64,000 bases of DNA, taken from NCBI RefSeq assembly GCF_006345805.1, contig NC_043007.1:7192001-7256000 (forward strand). The letters run 5' to 3'. Of this stretch, positions 12,160 to 25,620 are shown piece after piece. The DNA comes from Octopus sinensis. Lineage: Eukaryota. Every line of letters starts with the position of its first letter. Within the stretch, counting starts at the first letter, position 1. A program made the translations under genes and the position numbers. The notes beneath the pieces were generated by a model. That model saw only the letters and a list, made by a program, of their open reading frames with translations. It made no database searches and was not told the DNA's origin.

Positions 12160-13510
12160 TATGTTTTCTTTAAATCTCCGCACACAAACAATTATTAGTC
12201 TGCTATGCATAAATTTTTATGGACGTTGTTATTACGCCAGCATGTTCTTGTAAATGCACCCTTGCATCCGGTGTTTAATGATAACTGGTTTTATCCAGGA
12301 GAAAAAATTAAGGAAATTATTCACAGGCACCCTCTGCATAATGAGCACACAGCAAGGCAGGAACGTAGCGAGGCTAAAACTTTAAATGAATTTAATGTAA
12401 CGGCATGATAGCATTAGATTTGTTTTCTATGCTATTCAAGGTGCACGGGCCAAACAATTTTGAAATTATAATTATCTGAAAACCATTTAGTTTGAGCAAT
12501 GTGATTGTGACTGAGTAGTACGGTGACAACTCACAGCCTTATTTTTCCTCTTCAATGATTAAAGTGTTTACCTGTTCTGCTAAACAAGGATGGCTTGAGA
12601 GGCGTATGTGTGGGTGTGCGTGCGTGTGTGCGTGCATGTGTGTGTGTCCTTCACATTCAGACCGTTGACCAAGAACGTGAAATTCGTATGACTAGATGTG
12701 AGAAGTCACACTCATAATCATATAAAAAAAAAAGGATCAAGGGTCCTTCTCCAGCTCACATGACCACTTGCCCGGATTTTGTGACATATATTGCGGCATG
12801 ATACATGCTGCATCGCGGAAGACGCACCTCAATTTTGAAGATGTAATTCATTTTATTCTTAACAAACCAGTCTAACCGATCAGCCATTGCCCGGCAAGCC
12901 AGCGCTATGCTTGTTACTAGACAAAATTGGCTGGCGATTCAGCATAGGTGACCTTGTTCACCGCTGAGCGACCTCACGAGACATTGACCATTCTGATGAT
13001 TTGCTGCCGTGTAATTACCAAAGTACCCTGCGCTATGCTTTTCACTTTAACAGCCCTGCGATTATTTATACGACACACCATAGTGATGGTACCACACACG
13101 GAACTAATGATCTACAAACAGCTACCGGTACCCACCTCTCCCACCCACACCACTCCTCGCTTCTCATCTACCCTCTCTCTCTATCGTCCTTGAAACACTT
13201 GCGCCAGGGAAAATGTTAATGCTATTACAACTGTCCATTTCAATCTGGAATAATAAATGTTGGTAGGTCGTCTTATTAGTAACGAGTAAATAACATTACA
13301 AGAATCCAGGGCAGTTATAACCAGTTCTCCTTAGAAAAAAAAAGCCTCAAAACATTTGGAATATAACCAGGTAGATCTTGGTAGACGTGGGATTGAGTAG
13401 CTGGTTGGTTTCTTCGCCGGATGAATTTAGTGGGGGAATGATGTTTGCAGGCATATTAATGGAATGAAGTGGGGAAGCAAAAGTGGGAGGCAGTTGTTTT
13501 TCTTGCGGAA

Positions 13511-13583
<73 letters not shown>

Positions 13584-13814
13584 CTATCTATCTATCCGCT
13601 CAGTCGAAGTCGACTCTCGGTTACTCGTTGGATCAGTGTCCTCCAGTCAGTTCTATCCTGGGCCGCTTCTTTCAGATTGGCTATGTCCATTCCGATATTA
13701 CTCTTGATGGTGTCAAGCCAGCGGGTTTTTGGTCGGCCTCTTCCTCTCTTGCCACTGACCATTCCGAGCATGATGTCCTTCTCCAGGGACTTTCTCCGCA
13801 TAATATGACCGAAA

Positions 13815-13847
<33 letters not shown>

Positions 13848-13858
13848 AAGTAGTAGTA
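13511..13858. repeat. (AGT)n microsatellite interrupted by a LINE insertion
   Basis: AGT repeats at 13511-13583 and 13816-13858. Confidence 0.95.
13584..13817 (-). mobile_element. 5'-truncated RTE-clade LINE 3' end
   Basis: Uninterrupted YFGHIMRRKSLEKDIMLGMVSGKRGRGRPKTRWLDTIK...AAQDRTDWR, the typical RTE ORF C-terminus, followed by a short (GATA)n tail. Confidence 0.92.
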
Positions 13859-14239
13859 AATTATACTGTTGCTACTGATGATATAGGTTCGGTTGCCATA
13901 GCAATAAAAGTGATGTTGAGGAAGAAGAGAGAATGTGTTGTACCATCAACAGAATGACGGACAGTTACTGAGTCAGTGAGGTCGGTGCCAAACAATGGTT
14001 AATGTGAATTCTGCTCATTCTTCTTCCTTCTACTTTGTTTCTGTCGCTGCTGAACTGTCGCAATGGAGAATATGTATTAGTGTTTTGTTTTTGTTGTTTT
14101 TTTAATGTTTTTAATGCGATAAAACTCACCCAAAATCTCAAAATGTGTCTTAGTTTATGATCATTTTGTTTCGTTTATCTGTTATTGAAAATTAAGATAG
14201 CTTTGTGCATTTATCACCAGAGTAATATCGAAATGCGAA

Positions 14240-14700
14240 GTTACGCCAGAAGGAATTTGAACTCAGTACGTAAAGGATCGTAGGTAAATAGCGCAAGGCA
14301 TCGTGTAGAGTGCTCTACCGATTGCGCCAATGCACCACCGTGGATATTCGTAAGGACGAATACCATAATACAAATTTTAGCAATTTCGGAAGGAGAAAGT
14401 TTAGTCGATGCCTCAGAGTTCAATACTTCACTAAAACTTCATTATATTCGTCTCGAAAGGAGGAAAAGTGAATTTGAATTCCGCCGGATTTGAACTCGGA
14501 ATGACTGCAGTTTCTAGTATTAACACAGGTCAACACATTTTTGGGGGGTAATAGACAATGAATTAGACACCATTGCTTGACTTACTACATTTTATCGACC
14601 CTAGAAGAAGGAAAGCTGATTTTAACCAAAACCCGTTTTGAAATCAAAACGCCAATGTCCTAATTAAACAAAGCAATACATTGTCTCCGCCGCCTTTTCG
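14240..14700 (-). mobile_element. Cluster of degenerate family-2 SINE fragments
   Basis: Repeated GGA(A)TTTGAACTC B-box complements and TTTATCGACCC motifs. Confidence 0.55.
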
Positions 14701-15899
14701 TCACTTTTGCTCTTAATAATTAATATGACAACCAACAAATATAACATTAACATAGTTGGACGTACATTATTGTCAAGGAGCAAATTTAAGGAAATATTTA
14801 ATATCCCATTGATAGAATAATCATATTTTATGTTTTAAATAAATATTCATTTAATATTACTTTTCAATTAATTACTTTATAATTTATTTATTCATTAATG
14901 AGGTATCATTTATTTTATATAACGCATCAATTAAATGAAAGTTCAAAGATCCTATATTGTCCTCATTTATCATAAAACTAATTCACGCGGAATTCTTTAA
15001 GATATACAGAAGCACTTTATAATTTTAAGTCATTTTCCAGTATTCGACAATCAGATTTTTGTTTTTGTGTAAGTCTGTGATAAGTTTAGTTGAGAGGCCA
15101 ATGGTCGAAGACTTTCAGGGTTGTACCCATCCTGTCTGTTTATCACCCTTTTTTTCTTCTTGTTTTTTCGTTTTTGAAGCGCATTTTTAATATTTTGGAA
15201 CTACATTATACAGTTTTCTCCATCTGCCTATGAATGGCGTTTGAGGGAGATTTGCTGTTATTTTTTTAGGACACTTCTGTTAGCACATTATTCAAAACGT
15301 AGGTCGCATGGTGCCAAAATTGTTTAGAATTTTCATTTCAAGTCGATGCGCTCGCGTCCGGAATACGCTATCAATCATATTTGGCCCCAATGGGTACAAC
15401 AAATTAGAACAAGTAACTCCACCATTATAATGGAAGGAGACGTGAATGATGCCAAATCAAAGTTTTCTGCCAAATAAGTTACTTGCTATTGATGCGAATA
15501 TACTGGGAAGTGAGGACAGGATTTAAGGCTATAAGATAAGCCACATAAAAATATATATATATATATATCGACCTAACAGATAAAAATCACTAACAGCCAG
15601 AGGAAAAAACATTACTGAAATCACACGATAGACGTCTTTACAAAAAATATACATTCGTTTGAGAAAATATTGTTTGGGATCCATTTTTTCTGCATATCCA
15701 GTGCAGCAGCATTTATATTTACTCAGAGAATAGCAATGAGAAAACGGTTATGTGATTGGTTGACCAGCAATAAGTAGCGGCCGAATGGCCAAACACATAG
15801 CAGTGTTTTTGTAAAAAAGAAAGGATGCATTAGATAATATATCCTTTGGCTGATGTTGCTAAAAATAGTGAAGTATATGGCTTAAATGATTAAGCCATT

Positions 15900-16372
15900 T
15901 ACTGTGTTGAACTTTTCTTAAGGTTTCTATGTCGATTTGTGTTGCATGTCTGATCCTCAATGAGTAGAACTGGGTAGTGTCTGTCAATTAGAGTGTTTTT
16001 GAATTATTGCAGTCTAAAGTCTCTGGTATTTTGTTCTGACACTCTTCTGCATATCATTCTTGCAAGGTTGAAGGGGATGTTTGTTTTGATGTGTCTTGGA
16101 TGGCATGAATTAAACAATAGATATTGTTTGGCGTCTGTGGTTTTGCAGGATATGTCTGTTTCTATTTTTAGGTTTATTTTCTTAATTGCTATATCCAAGA
16201 ATGGGAGCTCCTTTTGGCTGTATTTCAATGTAAACTGAATGTTTGGGTTGACGCTGTTCAATAGTCTTTTGAATTTCAGGAGTTTGTGTTTTCATTCCAG
16301 AGGATGAAGCAGTCGGCTAGGAATCTTTTCCAATTTTCTTTTATGTATTGGTAAAGGGGGTTTCCAAAGGTA
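15900..16372 (-). pseudogene. Penelope-like reverse transcriptase palm/thumb fragment
   Basis: KENWKRFLADCFILW (catalytic FLDD decayed to FLAD), then NPNIQFT..LPFLDI..ETDISCKTTDAKQYLLFNSCHPRHIKTNIPFNLARMIC, typical of PLE RTs. Contains frameshifts and stops. Confidence 0.88.
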
Positions 16373-16463
16373 CTCATACACACACACGCATATACATGTG
16401 AGTGCGTCAAGTATTATATAAATAATATAGGTATATGCATTTATGTATGCATGTTTGTGTGTG

Positions 16464-16494
<31 letters not shown>

Positions 16495-16501
<7 letters not shown>

Positions 16502-16960
16502 AATTAGAGACAAAACCACTATTATGCAAATCAAACAAAGAAAGACTTAATCCAATACATAAATTAATTTATATAATTTAGAAATTTAACAATTATTAAT
16601 ATCCACTACGATCGTTTCATGTCTTCTTTTCATCACATCTTTGAGTAGTAGACATTCTTCAGGTGGTTTCAAATCTAAAATATAATCAATATTTTTAAGA
16701 TATAAATAATCTATATAATCTAAAAAAATAATTTACTGATAATAAACTCTATTATTAAATATGATTATATCGAAATCGACTATAATGTTAAATATTAACT
16801 TTAATTTATAAGGTAGAAAATCCATATTCTAATATCCATTTTAGTCTATATCTACTTATATGGTTTTGTCTCTAATTTATATAATATAATATTTTACTAT
16901 AAATTGGATTCAATCCTAAATCTGATTTTTCCCTGTAGGTTTGGATTTATTCCCTAATAT

Positions 16961-16970
<10 letters not shown>
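16495..16970 (-). mobile_element. PLE pLTR remnant (family B) with a short inverted arm and tail
   Basis: ATATAAATTAGAGACAAAACCA (16497-16518) is inverted at 16861-16882 and followed by a ~90-nt tail. It contains an HHR and is flanked by TA-rich repeats. Confidence 0.75.
16603..16666 (-). ncRNA. Minimal type I hammerhead ribozyme motif (family B)
   Basis: Reverse complement: CCAC-CUGAAGA-AUGUCU...AGACAU-GAAAC-GAUC-GUA-GUGG. All three helices and the core are intact, and loop III is palindromic. Confidence 0.85.
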
Positions 16971-16999
<29 letters not shown>

Positions 17000-17070
17000 T
17001 ATATATATATATATATATAATTACTTAGCATATATGTATATATATATATATATATATAAAAAAATTACTT

Positions 17071-17116
<46 letters not shown>

Positions 17117-17857
17117 CTTAACATATATATATGTTGTTAGGATATCACTCAGAACAGTCGTAATCATATTTGGTTAACTTCGAACTTCGATCACATCAAA
17201 AACTTTTACTAATATTTACTAGCATTAAATTAAGTATTCTGTAAAAACTAAACAAGTTCACTCTTGATGTATATATCCAATAATGTGCAGACGTTAATGA
17301 TGATGATGATGATGTACTTCTTTGGTACGAAGTTGCATATGTCTGTGCAAGAGAGTGCGATATTGAAAGACATCGGGAAAAGGATGTGGTGATGGTGAGG
17401 GTGTTGCTGTTACCACCGCTGCTGCAGATGATGATGATCATCCATCATCACCATGGGAATGTTGACACACAGATGATGGAAATGTTAATTATATCACATC
17501 AACAAAAACAACAGCAACAACAACAACAAGTGCATCAGTAGCAATCATTGCAACGCGTCTAAAAATAATTCCTTTTAATGCATAAGAATTTTGTTTCCAA
17601 AATCTGGTTATGTGCAGTATTCCTTAAATTAGTGCTGTAATTCCTCGTCTAAAATTGGTTCAGCATCGATTGAGATGATAAAGAAACGAGAAAGTGTAAA
17701 GAAATGAAATGAAAAATTTTATGTCAAAATGACATTGAAGGCGTTTGCTTTTTTTTTTCATTTTTCTTTCTTTTTTTTTCTCTACCTTTTACTTGACTGA
17801 AATTTATTAGTAGTTGGTAAGGTAATGGGGTGCGTATTTTATTAATTTTGTAAAGAT

Positions 17858-17939
17858 AGACTATAAAAACTAAGAAATAAGGTAAAAAATGGAGAGCAAG
17901 ACTATAAAAACTAAGAAATAAGGTAAAAAATGGAGAGCA
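17858..17939 (+). repeat. Perfect 41-bp tandem duplication
   Basis: AGACTATAAAAACTAAGAAATAAGGTAAAAAATGGAGAGCA x2. Confidence 0.95.
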
Positions 17940-18274
17940 AAATTTCTATTCGTGGAATTGAGTATAGGTGCCTGAGAATGGATAGAACACCAAGTCTTGG
18001 GAGGTTCCGGTTTTCGCCGATGCATTCAAATGATTTATTCAAATATTAAATGTTAAGTAGCGAGAAGCGGAAGAGTGTCGTGAGGAAAAAATTCAGTGAA
18101 TGACTTTAAGAGGAAGAGTATATTAAGTAGTGAGTCGTATATAAATGTAGATAGATAGATGGATAGACAGAAAGATTCGTATAAAATAAAACAACAAAAA
18201 CAACAAGATTAATGATAAGGCCATTTTCAGAAAAGAAAATTGAAGACTTCGAATTCAGTGTTGTTATATTTTGA

Positions 18275-18695
18275 AACAGTTACAAACATGAACAATCCTG
18301 CGAGTACCTAGGAATGGATGAAGGTTCTGGCCTTCAGCATGCGTACATAAAAGAGAAGGTCAGAAAGGAATGTTGTAGGAGAATTCGAGAAGTCCTGGAA
18401 TTTGAGTTTAATGCACATAACCAGGTGTTAGCCATAAATTCCAGTTGTTATTTACAGTGCCAAAGTGTTGAACTGGAATATCAGTGAATTAAAGAAGCTT
18501 GACGGGAAAAACCGTAAGCTGCTGGCTTGTAATAAGGTTCACCATCTACAGACTGATGAGACCCGTCTCTACCTTCCCAGAGCCCAAGAATGTCGTAGCT
18601 TGATCCAATTTGAACTCTCTCAGAAAACCACCACAATTGGAATGGTCAAATATCTTGAAACAACTTATGACTGGATGTTAAATCTCGTTGAAAAT
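18275..18695 (+). pseudogene. Degenerate non-LTR retrotransposon fragment (R4/Dong-like post-RT region)
   Basis: EYLGM...IKEKVRKECCRRIREVLEFEFNAHNQVLAINS...LNWNISELKKLDGKNRKLL..NKVHH...RLYLPRAQECRSL, matching the RLYLPRxxGGRGL motif context. Confidence 0.75.
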
Positions 18696-19394
18696 AGTAA
18701 TTATTTTTAAGCTTCCAAGGGAAATAACCCATTCCCTCCTGGAATAACCACCGGGAAAATAACCCATTCATTTTCAGCATGCTTATTTCTTAGTATAAGA
18801 AGTATTTTAGTTATTTTCTCAATTTATCCAATACAACGCTGAAACAAGTAAACAGTATTCTTCTAAACAATAGATCTAATTATTTCGGTTAGTGACTTAT
18901 TCACGAATATACCAACACTAGCGCTGCTGAGGGTAATATTCTCTGGGAATGTAGAAGAGCTTTTTTCGCAGTTAATTACTTTGAATTGTTATCTCATATC
19001 TGATTAGCCTGTTATTACGTAAGATGTTTCACGATTTTAGTATACATACCTTTTTAGTATTTCCTCCTAAAATCTATAGACTCTGGGAACGTATTAAAGC
19101 CCTTTTCAGGACTACTTTATTTGAATTCTTAATATAGAGTAACAAATTTCATGTTATTACATAACTGACTTCACAATTTGGTTATTCATAACTTATAGGG
19201 AATTCCTAAAAACAAAATCTTGTGTAAGACAGTTCGGTATTCTCAATAAATACAATAAAACCGTTTTAAGGGCTACGTACTTTGATTAGTTGTTACAGGA
19301 TTAGCGAAACAAGTATAAGAACGGACCCAAGGGATAAGCCTGCTTTCTCGGTAATTACCGGGTATGTCAGCTACCATATATATATATATGCTTA

Positions 19395-19672
19395 TTATAG
19401 CCTCAGGCTGCCCAAACCTTGTCAGCGGGTTTCGTACGCGGAAACTGAAAGAAGACGGTCATATATACGTGTATGTATGTATCTTGTGTTTGTACCCCCA
19501 CCATTGTTTGACAACTGATGTTGCTGTAATATATTCCTGCAACTTAGCGGTTTGGTAAAAGACACTGACAGAATGGGTACTAAGCTTACAAAGAATAAAT
19601 ACTGTGGTTGATTTCTTCGACTAACGGTGGGGCTCCAGCATGGCCGTAGTCACATGACTGAAGCAAGTAAAA
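19395..19672 (+). mobile_element. 5'-truncated family-1 SINE
   Basis: Similar to 39939-40311. Confidence 0.8.
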
Positions 19673-19724
19673 CCCTAAAAGTCTATGCTATTTTAATCCT
19701 GATCAAGGCCGGGTATCTCTGCTA

Positions 19725-19757
<33 letters not shown>

Positions 19758-19776
19758 GTTATTATTATTATTATTT

Positions 19777-19985
19777 AAGGTGGCGAGCTGGCAGAATCGT
19801 TAGTATGCTGGACGAAATGCTTAGCGGTATTTCGCTCGTCACTACGTCCCGAGTTCAAATTCCGCCGAAGTCCACTTTGCCTTTCATCCTTTCAGTGTCG
19901 ATATGTTAAGCACTAGTCGAGCACTGGAGACGATACAATGGGCGTAACCCCCCTTAAAAGTTGCTGGCCTTGTTCGAAAATTTAG
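19777..19985 (+). mobile_element. Family-2 tRNA-derived SINE
   Basis: AAGGTGGCGAGCTGGCAGAATCGTTAG head, GAGTTCAAATTCC B box, CCTTTCATCCTTTC..GTCGAT central domain. Confidence 0.85.
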
Positions 19986-21693
19986 ATTTGGAATTGTTAG
20001 CTTTTCTCTTTAGTTCTTTCAACTATCTACTGTGTTAGTATCAATACTACTAGAATTTTCTGCATCTGGCCTACTTTTCTGATGTGACGGTATAAGGATG
20101 CCATTTGACATCTATGTGTTATTCCAATATGTACATACAAAGCAGAAAGCACAGCAAAAAAAAAGCATAAAGGCACACATACGCGCACACACACACACAT
20201 ATATATATACATGTATGTAGGTGTAGGCATTCGCACTTGAAGCATCCATCTGTCGTTACACTAAGTTTCGTTTGCGTCTATACGATTCTATGATAGCAGG
20301 TTTCAAACGAAAGTATCAGATCTGAAATTATATAATTGAAGCTGTTCTCACGTAAGATCTGTGAGAAAGAGATATGACGGAACAGATTTTAATCAATAGA
20401 TATTACAAAACAGATTTGATATAACGTTTGAAATAATCGACCAATTCCTGAGGCATGAAAATCCGGGAATAGAGTTAAACGGAAGAAAATTAAATTGATT
20501 TATATCCTTCCATTCAGAAGTACGTCACCATGGAGATAATATATTGAACCAGCAGATCAACGCTCTTGGGTTATGCGCTGAAATCCGTTGCAACATATTC
20601 GGAATCTTCCGCATCAGTAATCTTTGTAATTCTTAGTCTTTTATAGAGCTATATGTGTGTTGTGCATGTATGTACATGTATGTATGTGTATATATTTGTG
20701 AGTGTGTGTGTGTGTTTATGTGTTTGTGTGTAAGTGCGCAAGCATGTGTATATACACGTGCTTGTATGTGTACGGTTACATGTGTGTGTGTGCGCGCGTG
20801 TGTTTGGAAAGAGATAAAGGCAGAATGACAAAAAGACGAAAATAGATTCGGGGAACAGGGCAAAGATGTAATGCGTTTGTGTATCTAGGTTTCGTTGTGT
20901 ATACGTGTATTTAAAATATTACTGTAGACAATTGATGAACCATTTCAGATGTTATTGTAGAATGGTGCTGTTATACATATGCCCGGATGTTCCTCTATAA
21001 ATAAATGCAGAATCCATTGTTGTTTAACAATTTGAAGACGACTCCATAAATGAAGATTAACTTTTATTCTTTATGTGATGCAAAATCCCGAGGAGAATCC
21101 ATTTCGCATTTTACCGACGACATCGAATAGGATCAAAGAATCCATAGGTGTAATGTTTTGTTATTCTTCGAAACTCACCGAAATCGGAAACAGGCTGTTG
21201 CTGAGACTCGCGAAGACTGTAATTGTTCTTGCATAAAAACATGAAGAAGGATTTGCTCAATTGGTTGCTGCACGTGAACCAAGAAGCGATTGCTGGTTAT
21301 ATAGGTTTCTGCTTTTCCAGATTGGTTACAAACTAATAAATGGGACCATCTTAGCACGGCTCATTGTGTAGGTTCGAAGGTCATATATATTGAATGCATT
21401 CACACGTAAGCACTCGTACAGAGACACTCAGAGAGTGTTCCAAATATTTTCAGCCCATCATTTAAAATAACATTTTTCCCTGCAATCACCCATTGAATAC
21501 TGCTCAAAACATTTGGCCCTCTCTCTCTGTAAATTATCAGTTACATTTCAAAGTATCGAGTATCATCCCATTTTATTGAAGATTCTGAGAACACGCCATG
21601 GAAATCTTCTCTTGTACAGTATATCTGTTACTACAGTTGAATATGCAAATTATATATGTTGTTGTATTTCGGGATGGTCATTTTTTTGCCAAA

Positions 21694-21785
<92 letters not shown>

Positions 21786-22206
21786 CCATAGCGTTTCAAA
21801 CTCCCAGTGATATATTGCCAGTTTACATTGTTAAACAGAACTCAACTAATTGCACGTTAATTATACATAGTCACGTTTTCGAAAAATGTGAATGGAAAAG
21901 GAAAAAAATTGCATTTCAGTTTTCATTGAACAGAAGAGAATTAAGTCCCCCAAAACAATAATTAATCGGGAATAAGTTATGCTATTTACCTTAACTTATT
22001 CCGTCACACATGACTGTCGTCCATTATAAATCATTCAATATTAATGAGAGTTAGACATGACGTTTGTTGTTCGGAAAATATTCCGTAACATGAAACCAGA
22101 ATCCATGAATTGTAACCGCTGGATTCTATACATGGACGCCAACACATACACGAATATACATAAATATAAGAATGCATGCATTTATATATGTATATATATA
22201 TATATG

Positions 22207-22246
<40 letters not shown>

Positions 22247-22984
22247 ATATATATATATACATTTGCGTGTGTGTGTGTGTGTATGTGTGTAGGAAGCTAT
22301 CCAGATCTATGCATTGGTGTATATAATACAAGTGCATGCGTGTGTATGCGTATGTAAGTAGTAAAGTAATATAGTTTACTTCTGACACCAAGTAACTAAA
22401 TGTGATAAAGAAAGACAGCGGAGAGGACGGTGTGAATAGAAAAAACAGAACAGAATAAAATATTTTAGTATTTTGTATATTTAAATATTTCCATTATTCA
22501 ACAGCTTTTATCAACAAAAGAACAACTGAAAGTCTGATCTTCGCAGACATGTAGCTTGGGGAAGGTCCGTCGAACAGAGAGGAGAGCAATAAAACTAGTA
22601 TAGCATCATGCAGCTCTTGCTGGATGTTGATGTCAGGTTTTATTGTTTAATAAACAAAGGGCCAATTGAATTCTTATGCACACAGGTGCGTAAATGTGTG
22701 TGTGTGTGTCTGTATGCGTGTGTGCATATCAAATTCATTTTAATATAAGTACTGATTTTATTTTAAATACTTGTAACCAGAATTAGACAAACAGCATATC
22801 AAAGTAAATTCCACTCGCAATAGTATTACAGCGGCCTGACAACGTGGTTAGATGTGAACGTCGTTACATTCAATCAAAGAACTAAACAAGAAGCAAGAAA
22901 ATGTAAATACGATGCTTATTTAGCGTTCCGTTTTGATTCCTTACTCCATACCGACTAGTTGATATATATATATATATATATACA

Positions 22985-23062
22985 CACTTTATTTAAGAGC
23001 AGCAGAAATATAACAAAAGCTGTTACTCAGAGTTTCATTCTCCCGTTCGTCGGACAGTTTTA
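22985..23062 (-). ncRNA. ~75-bp insert between TA tracts: HHR-like motif (23020-23057) plus 3' tail
   Basis: Reverse complement: CUGU-CCGACGA-ACGGGAGAAU-GAAAC-UCUGA-GUA-ACAG. Helix I and helix III are present, helix II is weak, and the core has U4C. Confidence 0.55.
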
Positions 23063-24258
23063 TATATATATATATATATATATAAAACTAGCTATTCATC
23101 ACCGTTTCCCATTACCAAATGTTTGTTCGTATCATCTGCACAACATATTTACCCGTTAATTAAAGAACGAATTTGGGTGTCTGGCAGAAGACGACGTTAT
23201 TCTGCAGCAATTGATCCGGTTCGAATATCTGCCGCAAAGATGCAGCAGGTTGTTGTGTTAACGGGGCAACACCCCTAGTATATCAACCAAAATTTCAGAT
23301 CTAAAAGGAACAGTATTTTAACAGCATTTTAGCAATTCTGCCACAACGCATTGAACTGTGTGGGGAACGCTCTTGAGTTCAGGTTCGATCCTATTGCGCA
23401 ATATTTTGGCAACCAGTCACAAACAAGTACCGTCTTACGATATCTTCATTAGATCATATAATACCAAGAATACAACAGACATATTTTACAAAAATATGCC
23501 GCAAACTAATATGTGGACGCTTAATCATGTAATCCACCACTCGTTAATCTAGACATACGATATTACCTGACAAACCTGCGACGGACCGGCGTCCTGTCCA
23601 GGTGGGGAAACCATACGCATTATGAGCCAGGCATGGCTCTAGAAAAAAAAAACAAAGAACAATACTACTTGACAAGATATGTACTCGAAAATATGGCTGA
23701 TCTCAAATACGAATCGATTCCCTCTAAAACTGCAAACATATCTGTTGCAATATTTTGTTGGATGACAAAGGAACGGAACTGGATATATCTGTGATTAGGA
23801 TCAGGATATTACGCTTTTCAGCAATGCTGATCAGCAGTGTCAAACATGTTTACTAGAATTGTGGTAAACGTAGCAATCCCGCTCCAAAGGCAAAAAAAGA
23901 TTTAGCCAAAGAAATCTCGAATATCAGCAGAACACCTCAACCAATGGAAAATATATTCGAAATATTTCTGTAAAAACTTGTTGAAGTAGCAAGTTTGAGA
24001 CGTGATAGAGACAAGTAGAGCTATGAGGGTTCTATTTGTGAGACGAAATTTTGATGAGGCCAAACGCTGACATAAACTGCACAACAGAAAGTGTAATATA
24101 TATATAACCTGTCCTGGTTAAGTAAAATCTTTTCAGTCATTTTGGAAATGACTGACGAAACGAGCAAAAATAGAGAAGAAAACCGAAACCGAAATGATTT
24201 TTAAAATTATCAGCAGTATTCAGAGATTTGTTGGATAGGTTCATAATGTGTGTGTGTG

Positions 24259-24319
<61 letters not shown>

Positions 24320-25249
24320 TTAGGGAGATGGAAATTGTAAAGAAACGAGTCGAATGAATCCACTGTGCCACGTGTATTCGTTTTGGGAATTCCATTAAGC
24401 GTTCACGTATCAGCGGACTAATCGGTCACTCATGCGTTAATTCAAAAGCAGATAATTCAGTTGGACGAATTCCTGAGATCCATCGCCACATAGTTTTTAT
24501 TCGTTTAGCAAATTCTGCCGGCAATCTCGTCCTACAACGAAGCTTCTGCGAACGAGATTCATTGATCAAACTTAGTATTGACTAAACAATAAACTGTTTT
24601 CATTGAGATCCAATAACTTATTACTCTCTAACTCTCTCAGTTTTGAGTTTAACAACAGAAATCTAAACGGAACAGAATCAAAGATGATGCAAGAAATCTA
24701 AAAGTCTTATTCCGTTTTATATGCTATGCAGTATAATCTTTCATAAGACTGTTTAAGCTACATTTAGATATGGGGCTATTATTTGATTCCAGTAAATTAC
24801 GTTTTATCTTTCTATTGATAATTTCAATGTATCTACTTTTACAATTAACACCCCCACCTTCTATTTTTAAAACAGTGCTTATGTTCCTCAGAAGTACCTT
24901 TTCAAAAAGTTTTATAGAACTGTTTGTAAAATTTACACAAAGGAATTAAAGAATATTTCGAAAACATTTAAAATGATTTTTTTTTACCAGTATGTTTTGT
25001 TTATCATACATTCCTGAATAATTTCTAGTATGAAAATAAATATTAAAATTTCTCCTGTTTTTATCAGAATCCTTTTCTCATTTACTTCTAGAAAACGAAG
25101 AGGTTGATAACATTAATCTAACATCAATGAACTTCAAACGACCCGGCATCAAAGACTTGTTTCCCATCTGATATGAAGTTTTTGTACACTGAATTGTCAG
25201 CGTTTCTGTAAAGGTAAGGGAATCAATTTATTAGTCAGATTATTGCATA

Positions 25250-25620
<371 letters not shown>

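Noticed and set aside
12760-13220. GC-richer block with short ORFs
   Set aside because: There are stops in all long frames and no recognisable motif. It may be an old retroelement but this cannot be supported.
23085-23280. Possible mini-Helitron ending GGGGCAACACCCCTAGT
   Set aside because: The hairpin abuts CTAG without a spacer, and no 5' end or coding support was found.
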